From the NCBI RefSeq assembly GCF_009914755.1, contig NC_060926.1: a stretch of 64,000 nucleotides of DNA; one strand, written 5' to 3'. Below are positions 1 through 16,660 of this stretch, piece by piece; position 1 is the stretch's first letter; each line of letters begins with the position of its first letter. The DNA comes from the human T2T-CHM13v2.0 reference genome, Homo sapiens. The notes under the pieces were generated by a model. That model was given only the letters and a program-made list of their open reading frames with translations, searched no databases and was not told the origin of the DNA. Position numbers and translations under genes: made by a program.

Positions 1-277
1 GAGCTTGATCAGCTTGAGGTTTTGTCACATGCATTTCTCTGAAAGCTCTGGTTGGGGCTCAGAGGACAAAAAAGTCAAAAGAAGACAAGGCTCAGGGAAT
101 GGCCAACTTCTCCAAAGCAACAGAAGGTCACCCAGCATGGAAGCCCAGCGAGCATACCTCTGGGTACTCAGACATCTGTGGACAAGTGTGTCTCCCTCCC
201 AGCAGCAGAGCTGGTATTGCGAGAAGGCAGGTGTTTGGGTATAGCCATAGCAAAGATAGGACTCCAGTTCACATCAC

Positions 278-847
278 TGTGGAAGATTGTTTTGGCAAAG
301 ATTTCCAATATATACTCCATCTCACATGCTCTTTTTAATGAAACATTGACATTGATCTTGGAAAAGTGAGAGGTCTTTTTTTTTTTTTTTCCTTCTTGGA
401 TCTGGATGGATGTCTGTAATTGTTTCAATGAAAAGAATATGGTGGATGTGGCATGCTGTGACCGCTGAGGTAAGCTCATGAAAGGCAATATATTTTGCCT
501 AGCTCTTTTTCTTTCTGGATGCTTGTTCTTGGTATATTACCACCATGTCGTGAGGAAGCCTAGATCACACGGAGAGACCACTCAACAGCCACAGCAAAGG
601 GCTTTGCAGGCAGCTAGCATCAACCTCCAGGCATGTAAGCGAGTAAGCCTGCAGATGATTCCAGTCCCCTGTCATTGCATGTTCCAGCAGAGGCACTAGG
701 CATTGTGGGAACAGAGACTAGACATTTCTGCAGTGTCCAGGCTGAATTCCTGGCTCACAGAAATTGTGAGAGATAATAAGTCATAATTGTGGCTCCTAGG
801 CACTACGTTTTGGGGTAATCTGTGAACAGCAACAGATAACTAATTCA
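278..847 (+). mobile_element. MaLR solo LTR, MLT1H/G-like
   Basis: Starts TGTGG and ends ...gataactaattCA. Carries the MLT1-type blocks 'caccatgtcgtgaggaagcc' and 'ttttggggtaatctgt...cagcaacagataac'. Confidence 0.7.
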
Positions 848-1000
848 GCCACCTTTGGCAAATCAGTCACCCTTTTCTGCCTCAGTTTTCTAATTCTCTA
901 CAAAATCTGCTCTTGAAGGTCCACAGGTGAAATTAAAAAGGTAACCGATGTAAATGGTCTTCTGCATAGTGTGTGGTGTGTGAAAGGGAGCTGATGTTAT
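848..1000 (+). mobile_element. MIR fragment
   Basis: 'ttggcaaatcagtcacccttttctgcctcagttttc' is a degenerate MIR core. Confidence 0.5.
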
Positions 1001-1781
1001 GTTATGGGTGACCAAGACAAGTCAGAGACACACCCAGCAGGCTGATTCCCTTTGGGCATCTGTTTATGTCACCTGGGGCCAGTTCCACTTCCAGGCCACA
1101 CTGTGCATACAGTACCTGCCCTCGTCCTGCTGCCTTTGTTTTCTCATCATTTGCCCTGCTCAGTTCTCAATCCCTGAGTTAGATGCTGATCGCCTGTGGA
1201 CTGAACCTCAACACTCTGAGCACCTATGAGGCATGCAGCAATATTGGGAGTTCTGCTTTGCTTTGTTTTTTAACTCAAGAGTTTTGCCAATCCCAGGGAG
1301 GACCTGCACTGGGGCATGGGTGGGGTTAGAGAAGGAAGAGGTGGCCTTCCCTTCCTGCTTTTTGTGCTTGATGATTTGTTTTTCTCTTTCCAGACTTACC
1401 TCTGGGTTCCTTCTCCTTGGAACCTCTGCTCACCTGCCTCCCGGCTCCTCTATGTCTTCTGGGGCAACCGGTATTCTCTCCTAGTCGTACCACCACACTG
1501 TCTACATTATCTCCAGCACCCCATTAGCCCATGAGCCCTGGAGAAATGGGATTGAGTGTCTTATACCCATATCATCAGTAATTTACACAATGCTTGACAC
1601 AGAGCAGGTGGTCAAAAAAATGTGGGAAGATGAGTAACAACACATGAATGAATGAAAAAATGAATTGATAAAGCCAGATCTGGTTTATTTGCCATTTGTT
1701 GCCATGGTAATTTAGGAAAAGTCTATTTATTACTCTTCTGGCTATTTTAATCATCTTCAATTGTGGAAAGTGTTAACACTC

Positions 1782-2530
<749 letters not shown>

Positions 2531-2612
2531 ACCCCTACTAAAGACAAAATGTGTATGAAAGTAGTCACGAACTGTAAAGTGTTATTCAAATAGGAAGAGT
2601 ATCGTTTGTTTA

Positions 2613-4541
<1,929 letters not shown>

Positions 4542-4799
4542 ACAATGAGATCACATGGACACAGGAAGGGGAATATCACACTCTGGGGACTGTTGTGGGG
4601 TGGGGGGAGGGGGGAGGGATAGCATTGGGAGATATACCTAATGCTAGATGACGAGTTAGTGGGTGCAGCGCACCAGCACGGCACATGTATACATATGTAA
4701 CTAACCTGTACAATGTGCACATGTACCCTAAAACTTAAAGTATAATAAAAAAAAAAAAAGAAAAAAAAAAAAAGAAAGAGAACAGCATCATCAGCAACA

Positions 4800-5050
4800 G
4801 TAGTGGTCATCATGATAGTAGCTCACACCTAGCACTAGTTACATGCCATGCTCAGCAATAAATGTATTAAACCTTAATCTTCTGAACAACTCAAGGGGCT
4901 AAATGCTGTGATTTGCATTGACACTTTACAAATGTGGAAACTGAGGCACACAGGGCTTAAGTAACTTTCCCAGAGGTGCAGAGCTTGGATTCGAGCCCAG
5001 GCTACTTGGCCTTAAGGTCTGTACTTTTAACCACAACCCTGAGCTGTCTC
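4800..5050 (-). mobile_element. MIR
   Basis: 'tttacaaatgtggaaactgaggcacacagggcttaagtaactttcccagagg' is the MIR core. Confidence 0.75.
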
Positions 5051-5294
5051 TTAAAATTCACCTGCACAAGGAAGCCTCTGAGACCTCCTCCCCATCTGCC
5101 AAGAGGTCCAAAGGCCTCAGTACCCATTAGACTCAGATAAAACATACCAGCAAAGAGATGTTAGGAGGGAGCTTTGTAACAGGCTAGAAGGGATTTATCT
5201 GAAACACCTTCCTTACTGGCCAGGCTCTGGACTGGGATTGCCACCATTACAGCTTTGACATCTTTGGATAGACTGACCTTCAGAAGACTTGTTA

Positions 5295-5603
<309 letters not shown>

Positions 5604-6344
5604 TTAATGTTCCTGGGTTGATAGGGAAACTCACTGACATTTTGGCAAGAATTTGTTCTCAGACTTTCCACCTTCATCTATTTATGTCCTGCCGACGCAC
5701 ACTCTAATTAAGCCAGGCTTCATTCTCTTCCTCCTCTCTAAGACAGACCCCTTCTTGCCCCTCCACCTTTGCTCAGTCCCTTCGCTTTGCCCAGGATGCA
5801 TTTTCCTGACATTTGCTATTAAAGCTTTGCCCTCTCTAAGATGTTGCTCAAGAGCCACCTTCTCTAAAAAATTTTCTGTTATTTTATAATAGTAACACTA
5901 TTCTTTTCACATAAGGTTGTTAGAAGGACTACATTTTTAAGCAAGTAGTAAATTACACTTTAAAGTAAAAGACTTAAAAATCATTCCTTAGAGATAAATT
6001 AGGAAAGAGAAAAAGAACAAAAGCAAGTTGACGTAGTGGAAAGATTTCAGGGCGAGAAGTCCTGGGTTTTAGTCCTGATTTGCCCCTAGTTAGTGGAGTG
6101 ATTCTGGTACCTCCGCTACCGTGAATGAGAACTTTCAACTAAATGACCTCAAGGACTCCCCCACACTTTGAGTCTAGACTATCAGGAGAAAGGCACTCAG
6201 GCAGAGGAGATGAAGAATGCGGAGGCTGAAGCTCTCCTTAGGCTGGGGAGAGGGTGCTGAAGAGCCTGTCTTCTACTTTTTAATCTTGCACCAGACCAGG
6301 GCTGCTAGGCTGGGTGGATTGATGGTTTGACCCAAAACAATTAT

Positions 6345-6879
<535 letters not shown>

Positions 6880-9179
6880 CAAAACAATTATGCTAATGGA
6901 CTGCTCACCAGGGTCAGCTTCAGCCTGGGGGCTCCTTCCTGTCTGCTTCTGAGTTTGTTCCTGGTGCTTATGCTGCACATTTCTCCCTTTTCGAGCCACG
7001 CTCCTTTGCCCTTCCAGCTTATATGGCTCTCAGGCAATGTCCTGAAGGTCTGTAGAACCCAGGACCCACCAGGAAACGTGCCCATTCTCTTCACATTTGT
7101 ATCTGGGACCCGAAGATAACAAAACAGAGCAGGGAAAGCCATCTTCCATGGGCTATAAAACAGGAAGGCTCCAAATGACAAATCAGAAGACCCATTCTTA
7201 TCCTCCCTTTCTTCCCCCCACAGTAAAGTTATTAGCATTGTCATTGTTATTAATGATTCGAAAGCAACCCATGCATTAGCCTTGGATCCTTTGCTGCTTT
7301 GACTCCGCAAGGGCTTTGTCATTAAGCTGGGGAATTATTTTCACTGTGGATTCAGTGGGACCAGGTGTTTTTCCATGTTCCGGAGAGATGTCATGGAATT
7401 CGGGGCCTTGGCAGAATAGCAGTCTGCCACAGATCAAGCCTGAGGGGTGAGGCCCCTCCTATTTCACTCCAGCTGTGTTTAATGCTGAGGAAACCAAAGT
7501 GGTTGGAAGACAGCCTTAACTTTTTCATTCTTATTGTTCTGGCTAAACTCAACACATCCCTCGGGGCCCCGATCAAACTCATGTCCTCTCAGGGGCCTTT
7601 TCCAAGTACACTGTCCCTTTTTATCTTTCCTTTCTTTGAGCAACTTGTGCCAGTACCGCAACAGGCAGTATGGCACCCTTGGGTGACCAAAATGGAAAAA
7701 GGTTATGGTGCTCACAAAAGCAATTCCCAAAAAGAGCTCTACCAGCTCATAAGATAAAGGCAAGAAAAGCCAGTACAGTTCTGATTTCTCCCCAAATTCC
7801 TTTACAGACTTTCAAAATATCAAATTCTACTTTTAATGGTGTTGTCTTCATTTCTTTGGCACGCGGTCTTTGCTGTTCTCTGAGTATGTGCTGTGTGGTC
7901 TGTTGGGGAATTCACTACAGGCATTGATGCTAAGGCAGAGGGGAGGGTAAGAAAGAAGAAAAAGAGAGAAGGATGGTTCAGAAGAAGAATTGTTGCCTGT
8001 TGTGCACAGACCCTCCACCTTTTAGTCCTAAGAAAGCAGCCTAGAGAAAGATGAAAAGGAAGGAGAAAGACAGGTGTGAGCTCCTCAGGGAACAGCCAGA
8101 AAACTGAAAAGGGAGAAAAGGCACTTTTAGACTCTCATCTCCAACTGCTCCTCATGCACAAACCTTCGGCAGCTCTTTGGGAAAATGCAGAGGTACAGCA
8201 TGGCCAGAGACGACTCATGCAAGTTAAAACGTTCAGATCCCAATTAGCAGTGACCAGTGATGACACCAACTGGAGCAGTCACTTTTTTCTCAAAATAGAA
8301 GTGCCTGCATTTCCACATTCTTGGGTGTAAAGCAACTTTTATAAGATTTTCCCAGCCTAGGTATGTTTTATGGCTTCTCAACTCAGCCTGAAAATATTAA
8401 TCAAGATTTAAAATATCTGACTTGGAAAGGCCTATAAATGTTCAGGGCTGTTGTGGAGGTGAGAGAAAAAGGACTGCAAAATGCAGCCCTGAGAATTTCA
8501 CCGAAAGCACTGCTTTCTGCATGAAAGCAGGACCATAAGAAACAGAAGCGAGAAGCGGATCTTTATAAGGGAAGGGTCCAGAGCACCATATCTTAACTGT
8601 TAAAGAGTTTTTCATCACAGGGCTAATAAGCATTCTAGAAAAGAGAGGTTCTGCTGATAAACAATCTAGAAAAATGCTGAATAAAACAAGTAAGTTTTTA
8701 AAAATGTTATTTTAATTGTAGGACTGCTCATATGGGCTCACTGCATTGTGACTGATGGGAAATCTTGTGTCAAGCATAAACTTAAAAAGACATCGAACAA
8801 ACAATGGAACACTATTTGGGAAATGATCAGATGGCCCAGTAGGTGGAGGGACGCCTGTCTAGCTGGTATGGAGTGCTCTGTACCAGCCTAAATTGCCAAC
8901 ATCAATTATTTACTGGGGGATGGCATGAAGCATTTTCCTTGGCTGTTCTCATTTACAGTGCAAGAATCCTGGATAGACTCAACTTAGATTTTAACCCATG
9001 AGTTAGAAGAGAATGAGCATTTTGATGGAGGGAGGGATACTGAATTTGGACTATTTAGGGGGACTTGTGCAGAGAAAGAGCCTGGAGAACCTAGGGATGG
9101 GGTTGGTTTGAGAGGATGTGGCAGAGAGGAATGGCAGTCAAGGAGAGAAGAAGAAGAAGCAGATGGACACTGCTTCAGA

Positions 9180-9312
9180 ATCACCTGAGAGACTTCCAAA
9201 AAAACCAATGCATGGGGTACCACCTCAGATCCATCTCAGGTGTGACCTAGGTCACAGTACTTTTTAAAATCTCACCAGGTGATTCACTTGTGCTACCAAG
9301 GTTGAGAACCAT
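9180..9312. mobile_element. MER5-like hAT DNA transposon relic
   Basis: 'ccaggtgattc...caaggttgagaacca' matches the MER5 terminal motif. Confidence 0.6.
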
Positions 9313-10305
9313 CCTTTAAGGTTTTACAATATGCTTGCAATTCTGATAGCTTCCACAAGGTGGTAGTTGATTTTAGTTTCATAAGCAAATAATTAGACTC
9401 ACTCTGACAACTGAGAGAAAGCAAGATTAAAAATTATGCAAGCTTGTGCTTCCCATTACAATATATTTCTTCATAAAGATGAAAGCATGGATTTAATTAA
9501 GCTACAATGCCTACCTAGAAATAACAAACAACAATTTAGAAGATTTTAAATAAATGCAAACACCTAAATTCAAGGTGAACGCTCACCAAATTTTTAATTA
9601 TAATTATTCACTACTTACCTTTTATCTTATTTCCAGGGAAGATTTCCTGCATTCACCTTCCCACTGGGACTTACACTCAACTTCCACTGGGAATTTCAGC
9701 TCTAGCTCACCAAGAGCAACCAAACAGTGAAGGGGGAGCCACCTCGCACTGTAACTGATGGAAATAGTGGTCACAGCAAGAAAAAGATTGTCTATGACAA
9801 GCAGTGAGCATCGCTTCAGGGCCTCTAACCCTGTCCCTATGCCCCAAAACAGACTGCAGGCAATTTAAAAGTCGTGAGAAATCTCAGTAATGCTTTCCAA
9901 TCTGAAAAGAAGAGGACCAGAGCCAAGTGGAGCAGCTCTGAGGAAAGTGAAGAAAAAGTCATTGAGAGTAGGGACTTTGATGCGCTGCCATTGCCTCAGC
10001 AGAGGGAGGGTCAGACCATGGCAGGAAAGGCCACCAGAGCTTTCCATAATGCAGATGACTCTGCCAGGTTGGGGAAGAGGGCTCAGCTAATCCCACAGGA
10101 CAGGATGCACCTCTGGCTGAGTGGAATGGTCGCTGGTACAGAACGTGTAAAAAGATCTCAGAAAAGAAAGCAGAACCGAGACTGTCCAGCCAGGGCTGTG
10201 CTCAGCTGCCATTAATCTTTTTTCTTCACTTCTGCATCGCTGAGTCACAAAGGAGCAGTGGATACGTAACATTGTCGCCTCACAATACAGCTCTAAGGAA
10301 AGACC

Positions 10306-10923
10306 TATAACTGTAATAGGTTCCTTGCCCGATGCATACAACAAGTCAATACACTAAAACACTGAGTTGCAGCACAGAAAGAGATTCAAAGGTAGGGTAG
10401 CTGAGTGAGGAGATGTTAGGAAACCTCAAATCCACCTCCCCAAGGAGATTGGAGGTAGGGTTTTTAAGAGTTTTGGAGTGGGCCAAAGTGTGGAGATCAT
10501 TGATTGGTTAAAGAGTGCAGGGTAAAGTCATTGGATACAGAGATTAAGAAGCTGTGTTCTCATGCTGATCACGTTCCTCTGTGGGGGGTTGGGAAGGGGG
10601 ACTTTAAAGTGGCTACTGGAATTTGGGGCTGGAAAAAACCTTCTTAAGTGATTCTTAAACAAAAACCTTATGATTCTAATGTCAGAGATCCTGTCTACAG
10701 GAACAATGAGGATGCAAGTCAGTTCCTAAACAGTCTTATGACCCTATATCAGAAATCCTACCTACAGGAACGATGGGGATGCAAGTGGCCACTATCTAGT
10801 GCTATGTGGCTTTTAGCAACAAGGAAGTGGGCCAAGGTGCAGTCTGATTAGTGCTTCACTTTAACTATATTTCTGTCCAGAACCCGGCACGCAATTGTTG
10901 TCACCCCTGTGGGGTTGGTTTCA
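10306..10923 (-). mobile_element. ERV1-class solo LTR (MER4/LTR8-like group)
   Basis: Runs tataac...ggtttCA with near 4-bp TSD (gacc/gaca). 'gttgcagcacagaaagag', 'cctcaaatccacctcccc' and 'gggtttttaag' are typical of this LTR group. Confidence 0.7.
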
Positions 10924-12734
10924 GACAGAGAAGATGAGAAGGATTCAGAAAGAATGAACTCAATACTTCAAACAAACAAGGTCTGGACAAACATGGCCAG
11001 GTTAATCATGAGAAAGAAAAAAAAAGAAACGGCATGAGAACTGCTAAACGTACTACACCAGAAACACTAATACAATGATAATTGATAATCAAATGAAAAA
11101 CACATATAACCTGCAAAGAAGCAGCTGAAGGACCCAGTCTGGAAGAAGATATGACTGAAGAAACAGTAGCAGGTTTCCCACAAGTACTTTATGCTATGGA
11201 AGAGCTTAGTAAGAATATTAAAAACAAGACTACAAAGGCAAAATTATTAAGTCTTTACAATATTTTCTCTTGTTGCCCATAATAATAGCCTGAAGATATA
11301 ACCTAATATTGGTTATGTTTTGCCCATCCTAAGGACCTAATAATTCTGCAGCATCTTTTCTAGGAGATAACTTTTTCCTATGTGAATCCTTCCTCTTAAA
11401 ATCTAAACTTACTCTCTTAGAAAAAACATCAGTCTATAGACTGACTCTCAGATGTATACATCAAACCCTGTTATAACATTCAAAGTTAAGAGTTTCTCCT
11501 GTGCCCATCAGCCTACTTCACTCTTGTTTTTTAAATCAAACATTATACAGGCCTTTCATTAAGCTATTATGGTTTCTGAAGTTATTTCAGCACTTGAGTT
11601 TAGACATCTGCTCTCTTAAAATGCCTTATTTTTGTCTTTTCTCTCTAAACTTTTAGAAACACATTTAAATCAGGTTATAATAATTAATAAATATAGCTCC
11701 TCAATGGTTAAATAGTAAAAATAAACTTCAGGTTGGATCGCTGTGGAAACTCTGCTAGATTACATATTAGGTCTAAAACATAACTGAACCAACAAGAGAT
11801 TATATAAAGGTATCACTGTGATAATAAAGAGACATTGTCTGTTCTATATTTCTGGACTCCAGAGGCATTTGTAGAAAGGGCAATTATTCAGTCTAGAAGA
11901 TATCACAGTCAACTCTTGCTCATCAGCACATGTAGGAAAGAAGACCATCCAAACATCATTCTCCTGTGCTTTGAGCTACACATTATGTTCTGGTGACAAC
12001 CAATCAATCAACAGACATTTGGTGCCTGCAGTAGGTTCAGCACCAAAATGAACACTGCAAACCAGCTTGACATCCTAGTTACAGTTGCAGAGGTAAATGT
12101 TGTAGGAGTCTGAATGTCATCCAGGAAAATGGGGAGGAAGACCCAGAGAGGGTGGAGTAGTGGAAAAAAACAGGCTGGAATTAAAAGTTGGTCAAACGTA
12201 ATCCATAAACAGGAAAATCCTCTCCTGCAGAGTTGAGAGTTGACTACATAGATGCAGACCAGGCCAAACTAGTCATGACCTGCCCTGCACTGTGGGTAGC
12301 TCAGATCGTGAGCACAGCTGAAGTCATTATTCCTGCAGCAATCCCTTCTGCTCAAGGACAGTACCGCATCCTACCATACAGGCATGAAATGCTGGGCCAC
12401 AGGGCTGCTGTCATGAGTTTTGCTCATTCTCCCATCCCCGAGCTGCTAGACAATGGAGATTCTGAAGGAAGTGTTGCTACATTTTGTGGCTGGCCCAAAC
12501 TACAGCATTCAGATTGTACTGTACCCCAGTGGAAACATTGAATGACTGGGAGAGCCTTCCAAGGGGTTTGCCCTCTGACATTTCCTTGGCTTGAAAAGTT
12601 TTGTTGCTATTTCTGGAAAGCTGCCTGTTAATGTATCTGAGCTTGGGGGAGGCTTCCTGAGACCATGGTAATGCCTGGTGGAGCCTAAGTAGCCACCCTT
12701 CACCCTTTGCCTAAATTGGTAATTTTAACTCTGG

Positions 12735-12862
12735 GGACTTTTTAGAATATCCTGGGAAGATTTTAAAATATACCTGTAGTTGGGCCCACTTGAATCTCAG
12801 TCTCTGGGTGTGCAGGCTAAAGGCTAAACAATTCTTACATGCAGCCAGGGCCGAAAACTGAT
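12735..12862. mobile_element. MER5-like relic
   Basis: 'ttagaatatcctgggaagattttaaaatatacc...gggcccac...gcagccagggccgaaaactg'. Confidence 0.5.
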
Positions 12863-13719
12863 TATTAGGGGCACTCTTTAAGCTAATTAATCTCTTTTTG
12901 TTGTCTTCCAAAAGTATCCTCCAAATCCCTCCTCAAAATTCTATTGGAGGCCAACCCACTTGTCAGGAGCCCCGGGTCACAGCCACCCCACCCTCTGCTG
13001 CTGGGCGGTGGCACTGCCATGTATGGGATCCTCATTGTGCATCTTGCTGTCTCTTGGTTGCCTGGAGCCCCCTTCCTAGGACAGAAAGGAACATTAGTGG
13101 AACGTACCTGGCCTGTCACTCTACTGGTGAATCACCATCTTCACTAGTTCTCGCCACACTCCTGTGAGAAGTTGCTCGCTTAGCAAAAGAGAAAACTGAG
13201 GCCCACAGAAATAAGGAACTTGGGGACCATATTCTTCCACCTGCTACCTCAGTGCCCTGAGCCAAAGGTGTCTCAGGTGTCTTCTCAGTTGGAACTTTTC
13301 TTGTCCCTGAGATCTCCTCAGGTGTCTTGTTCTCTATGAATCAGAGAGCGCCCTCATCTGCACCAGCCTCCCTTGAATAGCCACCTACTTTGCTGGCTTG
13401 TAGTCACTGCCCATGCCATCTCCTGCAGCTGTGGGATGCGGCCGCCCTGGAAGCCCAGCCTTTTCCATGTCTGGGGAGAACACTCACCTCAAAGGAGCAG
13501 CCCTTTCCTACAGTGGTTACAATGTAAACATTACACAACACATAACCATGGCTACTCAAAAGCCTGGTACATTCTCCCAGGAGCCCCACAGTATGCCCAC
13601 CTGAGAGCAACCCAGTATGGGGGCTCCGACAGTTCCCATTGAAGATATGGAATGAAACACCACCAAGGTACAGGACTCGTATTGCTCATTTCATTGACAA
13701 TGATAATCAAGTGGGAAAA

Positions 13720-13920
13720 TGTTCCCGAGTTCAAAGCTACCACCTTCTGCTCTGCAGCCCTGATATGTAACAATCAGAGCCTCCTTTTCCTCATCTGTAA
13801 AGTGGGGATCATCATGGCATTTTCCTCATTGAGCTGCTGCGAGGATTTAACAAGGTAATAAAAGTTACCTATTGCATTTTGTACAGTATCTGGCATGCAG
13901 GAGGTACATAATAAATGTGG
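13720..13920 (+). mobile_element. MIR
   Basis: 'ttcctcatctgtaaagtggggatcatc' and 3' 'tctggcatgcaggaggtacataataaatg'. Confidence 0.75.
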
Positions 13921-14239
13921 GTGGTGGTTGTCTTCCACTTGTGCCTTTCACCTGTAATTCTCCCTCATTCCTTCCTGTTCTGTAGGAATGGAGGACCCCG
14001 CCAGTAATATAGCTGTTATTTTAAAACAAACTCAGAAGCCTCCTTGCTCCTCTCTGAAGGCATCCTTGGACCAGTTGTGCAGTTGCATGTATAATTTCTG
14101 CACCATGAGCCCACACTCCCTGCCTAGCTCAGATCTCACAGCTCTCACCTGCATCCTGCCATCGATCCTCTCCTGTATGGACTCCCTGCCAACCGCCTGT
14201 CCCACTTGGCTCCCACACTGGCTGCTGCAGGACATTCCT

Positions 14240-14650
14240 GCAATCTAATCTGATGTGTGACTTCCCTGCTGAAAAGCCTTTAATGGCTCCTCAGTGCCTT
14301 CAGGGTGAGATCCAAGCTGCCCTCCCACCATGTTTGGCCACATTTGCTGACTGTATCCCCACGGAGACCCACAAGCTTCACAGCTATTACTGACCACTCA
14401 CTCTCTTCTCAGAATGCCCCCTGACCCCATCCACCACCACCATCTCAGTGGACATATATAACATATTCATTGCGTGAATTCGCTCTGAGGGTCTCTTCTT
14501 TCCGGAAGTCTGCCCAGCTCACTGCACCCAAAGGAGACTGGCCACGTCCTTCATGTGTGCCTTTCAATAGACTTCAGTCACTGTACTGGAACAAATTATT
14601 GCGTTACTTTTTATACACCTGTCTCCACCTCAACAAGAGAAATCGTGCCT
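14240..14650 (+). mobile_element. L2 fragment
   Basis: 'tgacttccctgctgaaaagcctttaatggctcctcagtgccttcagggtgagatccaagct' matches the L2 3' region. Confidence 0.55.
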
Positions 14651-14659
14651 GAATAGTAA

Positions 14660-14870
14660 TAGTAATAATTACAGCTTAGATTTATTGAGTGTTTGCCAGT
14701 GCCAGATATCATTAAGGGCCTTTCAACGGGTATTATCATCCTATTTAATCCTCACTACCCAGTGAAGAAGGTTCCGTTATTACAGATGAGGAAACCAAGG
14801 CACAAGGAGATTAAATAAGGGTGCCAAGATCAAGCAGCTGGTAAGGAGTTTATTCTCAGAGTCCAACACA
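14660..14870 (-). mobile_element. MIR
   Basis: 'atttattgagtgtttgccagtgccag...ttacagatgaggaaaccaaggcac'. Confidence 0.75.
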
Positions 14871-16489
14871 GTGCTCAGAGTCCAACATAGTAGGAACTGG
14901 GTACATTTTGTGGAACTGAGATATTTTGTTTGTGGTTGAACTACACCAAATTCAGTTGATTTAGGGACCAAGCACTCCTGCACTGGTGTGAAGTGCCTTC
15001 ATCTGTGGGTCACCAGCTGGTACTCGAGCCCGAGGCCACATGGCCTGGGATGTTAGTGAGTGCTCGGCTGGCACACATCCCCCTCCAGGTTCTCAGGTTA
15101 GTTGTTCTGTGAATTCACGGCACACAAATATTTTATGCCTGCATTTATTCTTCATAACAATATGAATGAGCAACTGAATAAAAGCCAAATCCCTCGTGAA
15201 GCCAGAGGAAGAGTGATTAAATTATAATCATCCTGGATTAATTAATCTATAATATTTGCTCTTTATATGAAAGAAGAAAATCAGCCTTCAACATAAAGGT
15301 TATGTACTCCTGAGGTCTGTGTCTTAATAAAGGAAAGGCTTGGGGAAAAAACTTGACAAGCCCCCAAGATACGACATGTTGTAAATGTAGACAGAAGGTT
15401 ATTACTGATATAAAATATATTCAATGTAATTATCAGCCACAACAAATAATCAGAGTGATGATAATGAATAATTAACATTTTTATACTCCTATAGTAAGGT
15501 GTCTAATAGATAAGTGCACAACATTGAATTAATTTATTGTGCCATAGTGTTTTTAGTAATGAAAATTGCCTAATCAAAACATCTCTTCCACAGTATTGCC
15601 AGATATTGGCATAAAACACCGATAAGGTTTAGTTTATTTCTTTGTTTCCTGATCTAATTGTAGTAGAGATGCTGTAAAATATCTAGAAGGAAACCTCAGT
15701 AGAGAAGTTATAGTAAGAATAAAGTCAAGGCAAGCTATTGATCTCAGTTCAGGAGGAGACAAATTTAAAGACATTGCTTTTGGTTCCTGGAATTAAGGGT
15801 TAATAAAGATGTAGGAAGCAATGGTGTCTGCCTGAGAAGAGAGGCTGTACAAAGAAGAGAGAGGATTTTGTGATTTGAAATCCCAGTGGTCTTTCATGGG
15901 TGTCTTTTTATTCCAGCTGCTGCCTCCTCAGGTCTGTCTTCCTTACTACAGTGTGGGAAAGGGGTAGGGGACATTTCCTCCATAACACTGCTGGAGAGAT
16001 CAAAGCCACTCCCTCCTCTTTGCCTTCACATCATTTTGCCCACATGTTGGACTGCCAGGGTGTTTCTTACATCTGCCTTTCTCCTGAGCATAGCAAGGGC
16101 CATCTTCTGCTCATTTTCTATCTTCAGGGGCCAGCCCAATGCCTAAATGCACAGTAAAATCATTGATGAATAAAGGAATTGCAAGCCTGTCTATTTCTAC
16201 GGCCACTGGGAGATACAAATGTTGATGTATTTAACATGGTCACAATCTCATCCCCCTGTAATCGACTATCTAAAGCGTAGCAGCCGAAGATATTAAGGAA
16301 TGGGACTATGTGAACAGTAACTGCTTCCACTTGTATTAAGGATTCTTATGAAGCATAAATCAAGAAATAAAGGAACTCCCTCATCTTAGTGTGGAGTAAA
16401 GTGCTAACAAACAGCGCATGACATCAGTTAAGGTTCACGAGAGGGACCAAATTGTATCTTAGACCACTTGTTGTCATTTTTTAAATGTT

Positions 16490-16660
16490 CTCCATGGAAG
16501 CCCCTTTGCAAACTTTATGTGCACATGGATCACTGTGGATCTTGTTAAAATGCAGATTCTGATTCACTGGATCTGGGGTGGGGCCTGAGTCTCTGCATTC
16601 CTGCCAAGCTACCAGATGATGCCAATGCAGCTGGTCCTCAGGTTACACTTTGAGTAGCAC
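16490..16660. mobile_element. MER5A hAT DNA transposon
   Basis: 'cttgttaaaatgcagattctgattc...ggggtggggcctgagtctctgcatt...cacactttgagtagca'-type text. Confidence 0.85.

Noticed and set aside
4597-4618. G-quadruplex motif
   Set aside because: It is a standard feature of the L1PA 3'UTR, not locus-specific.
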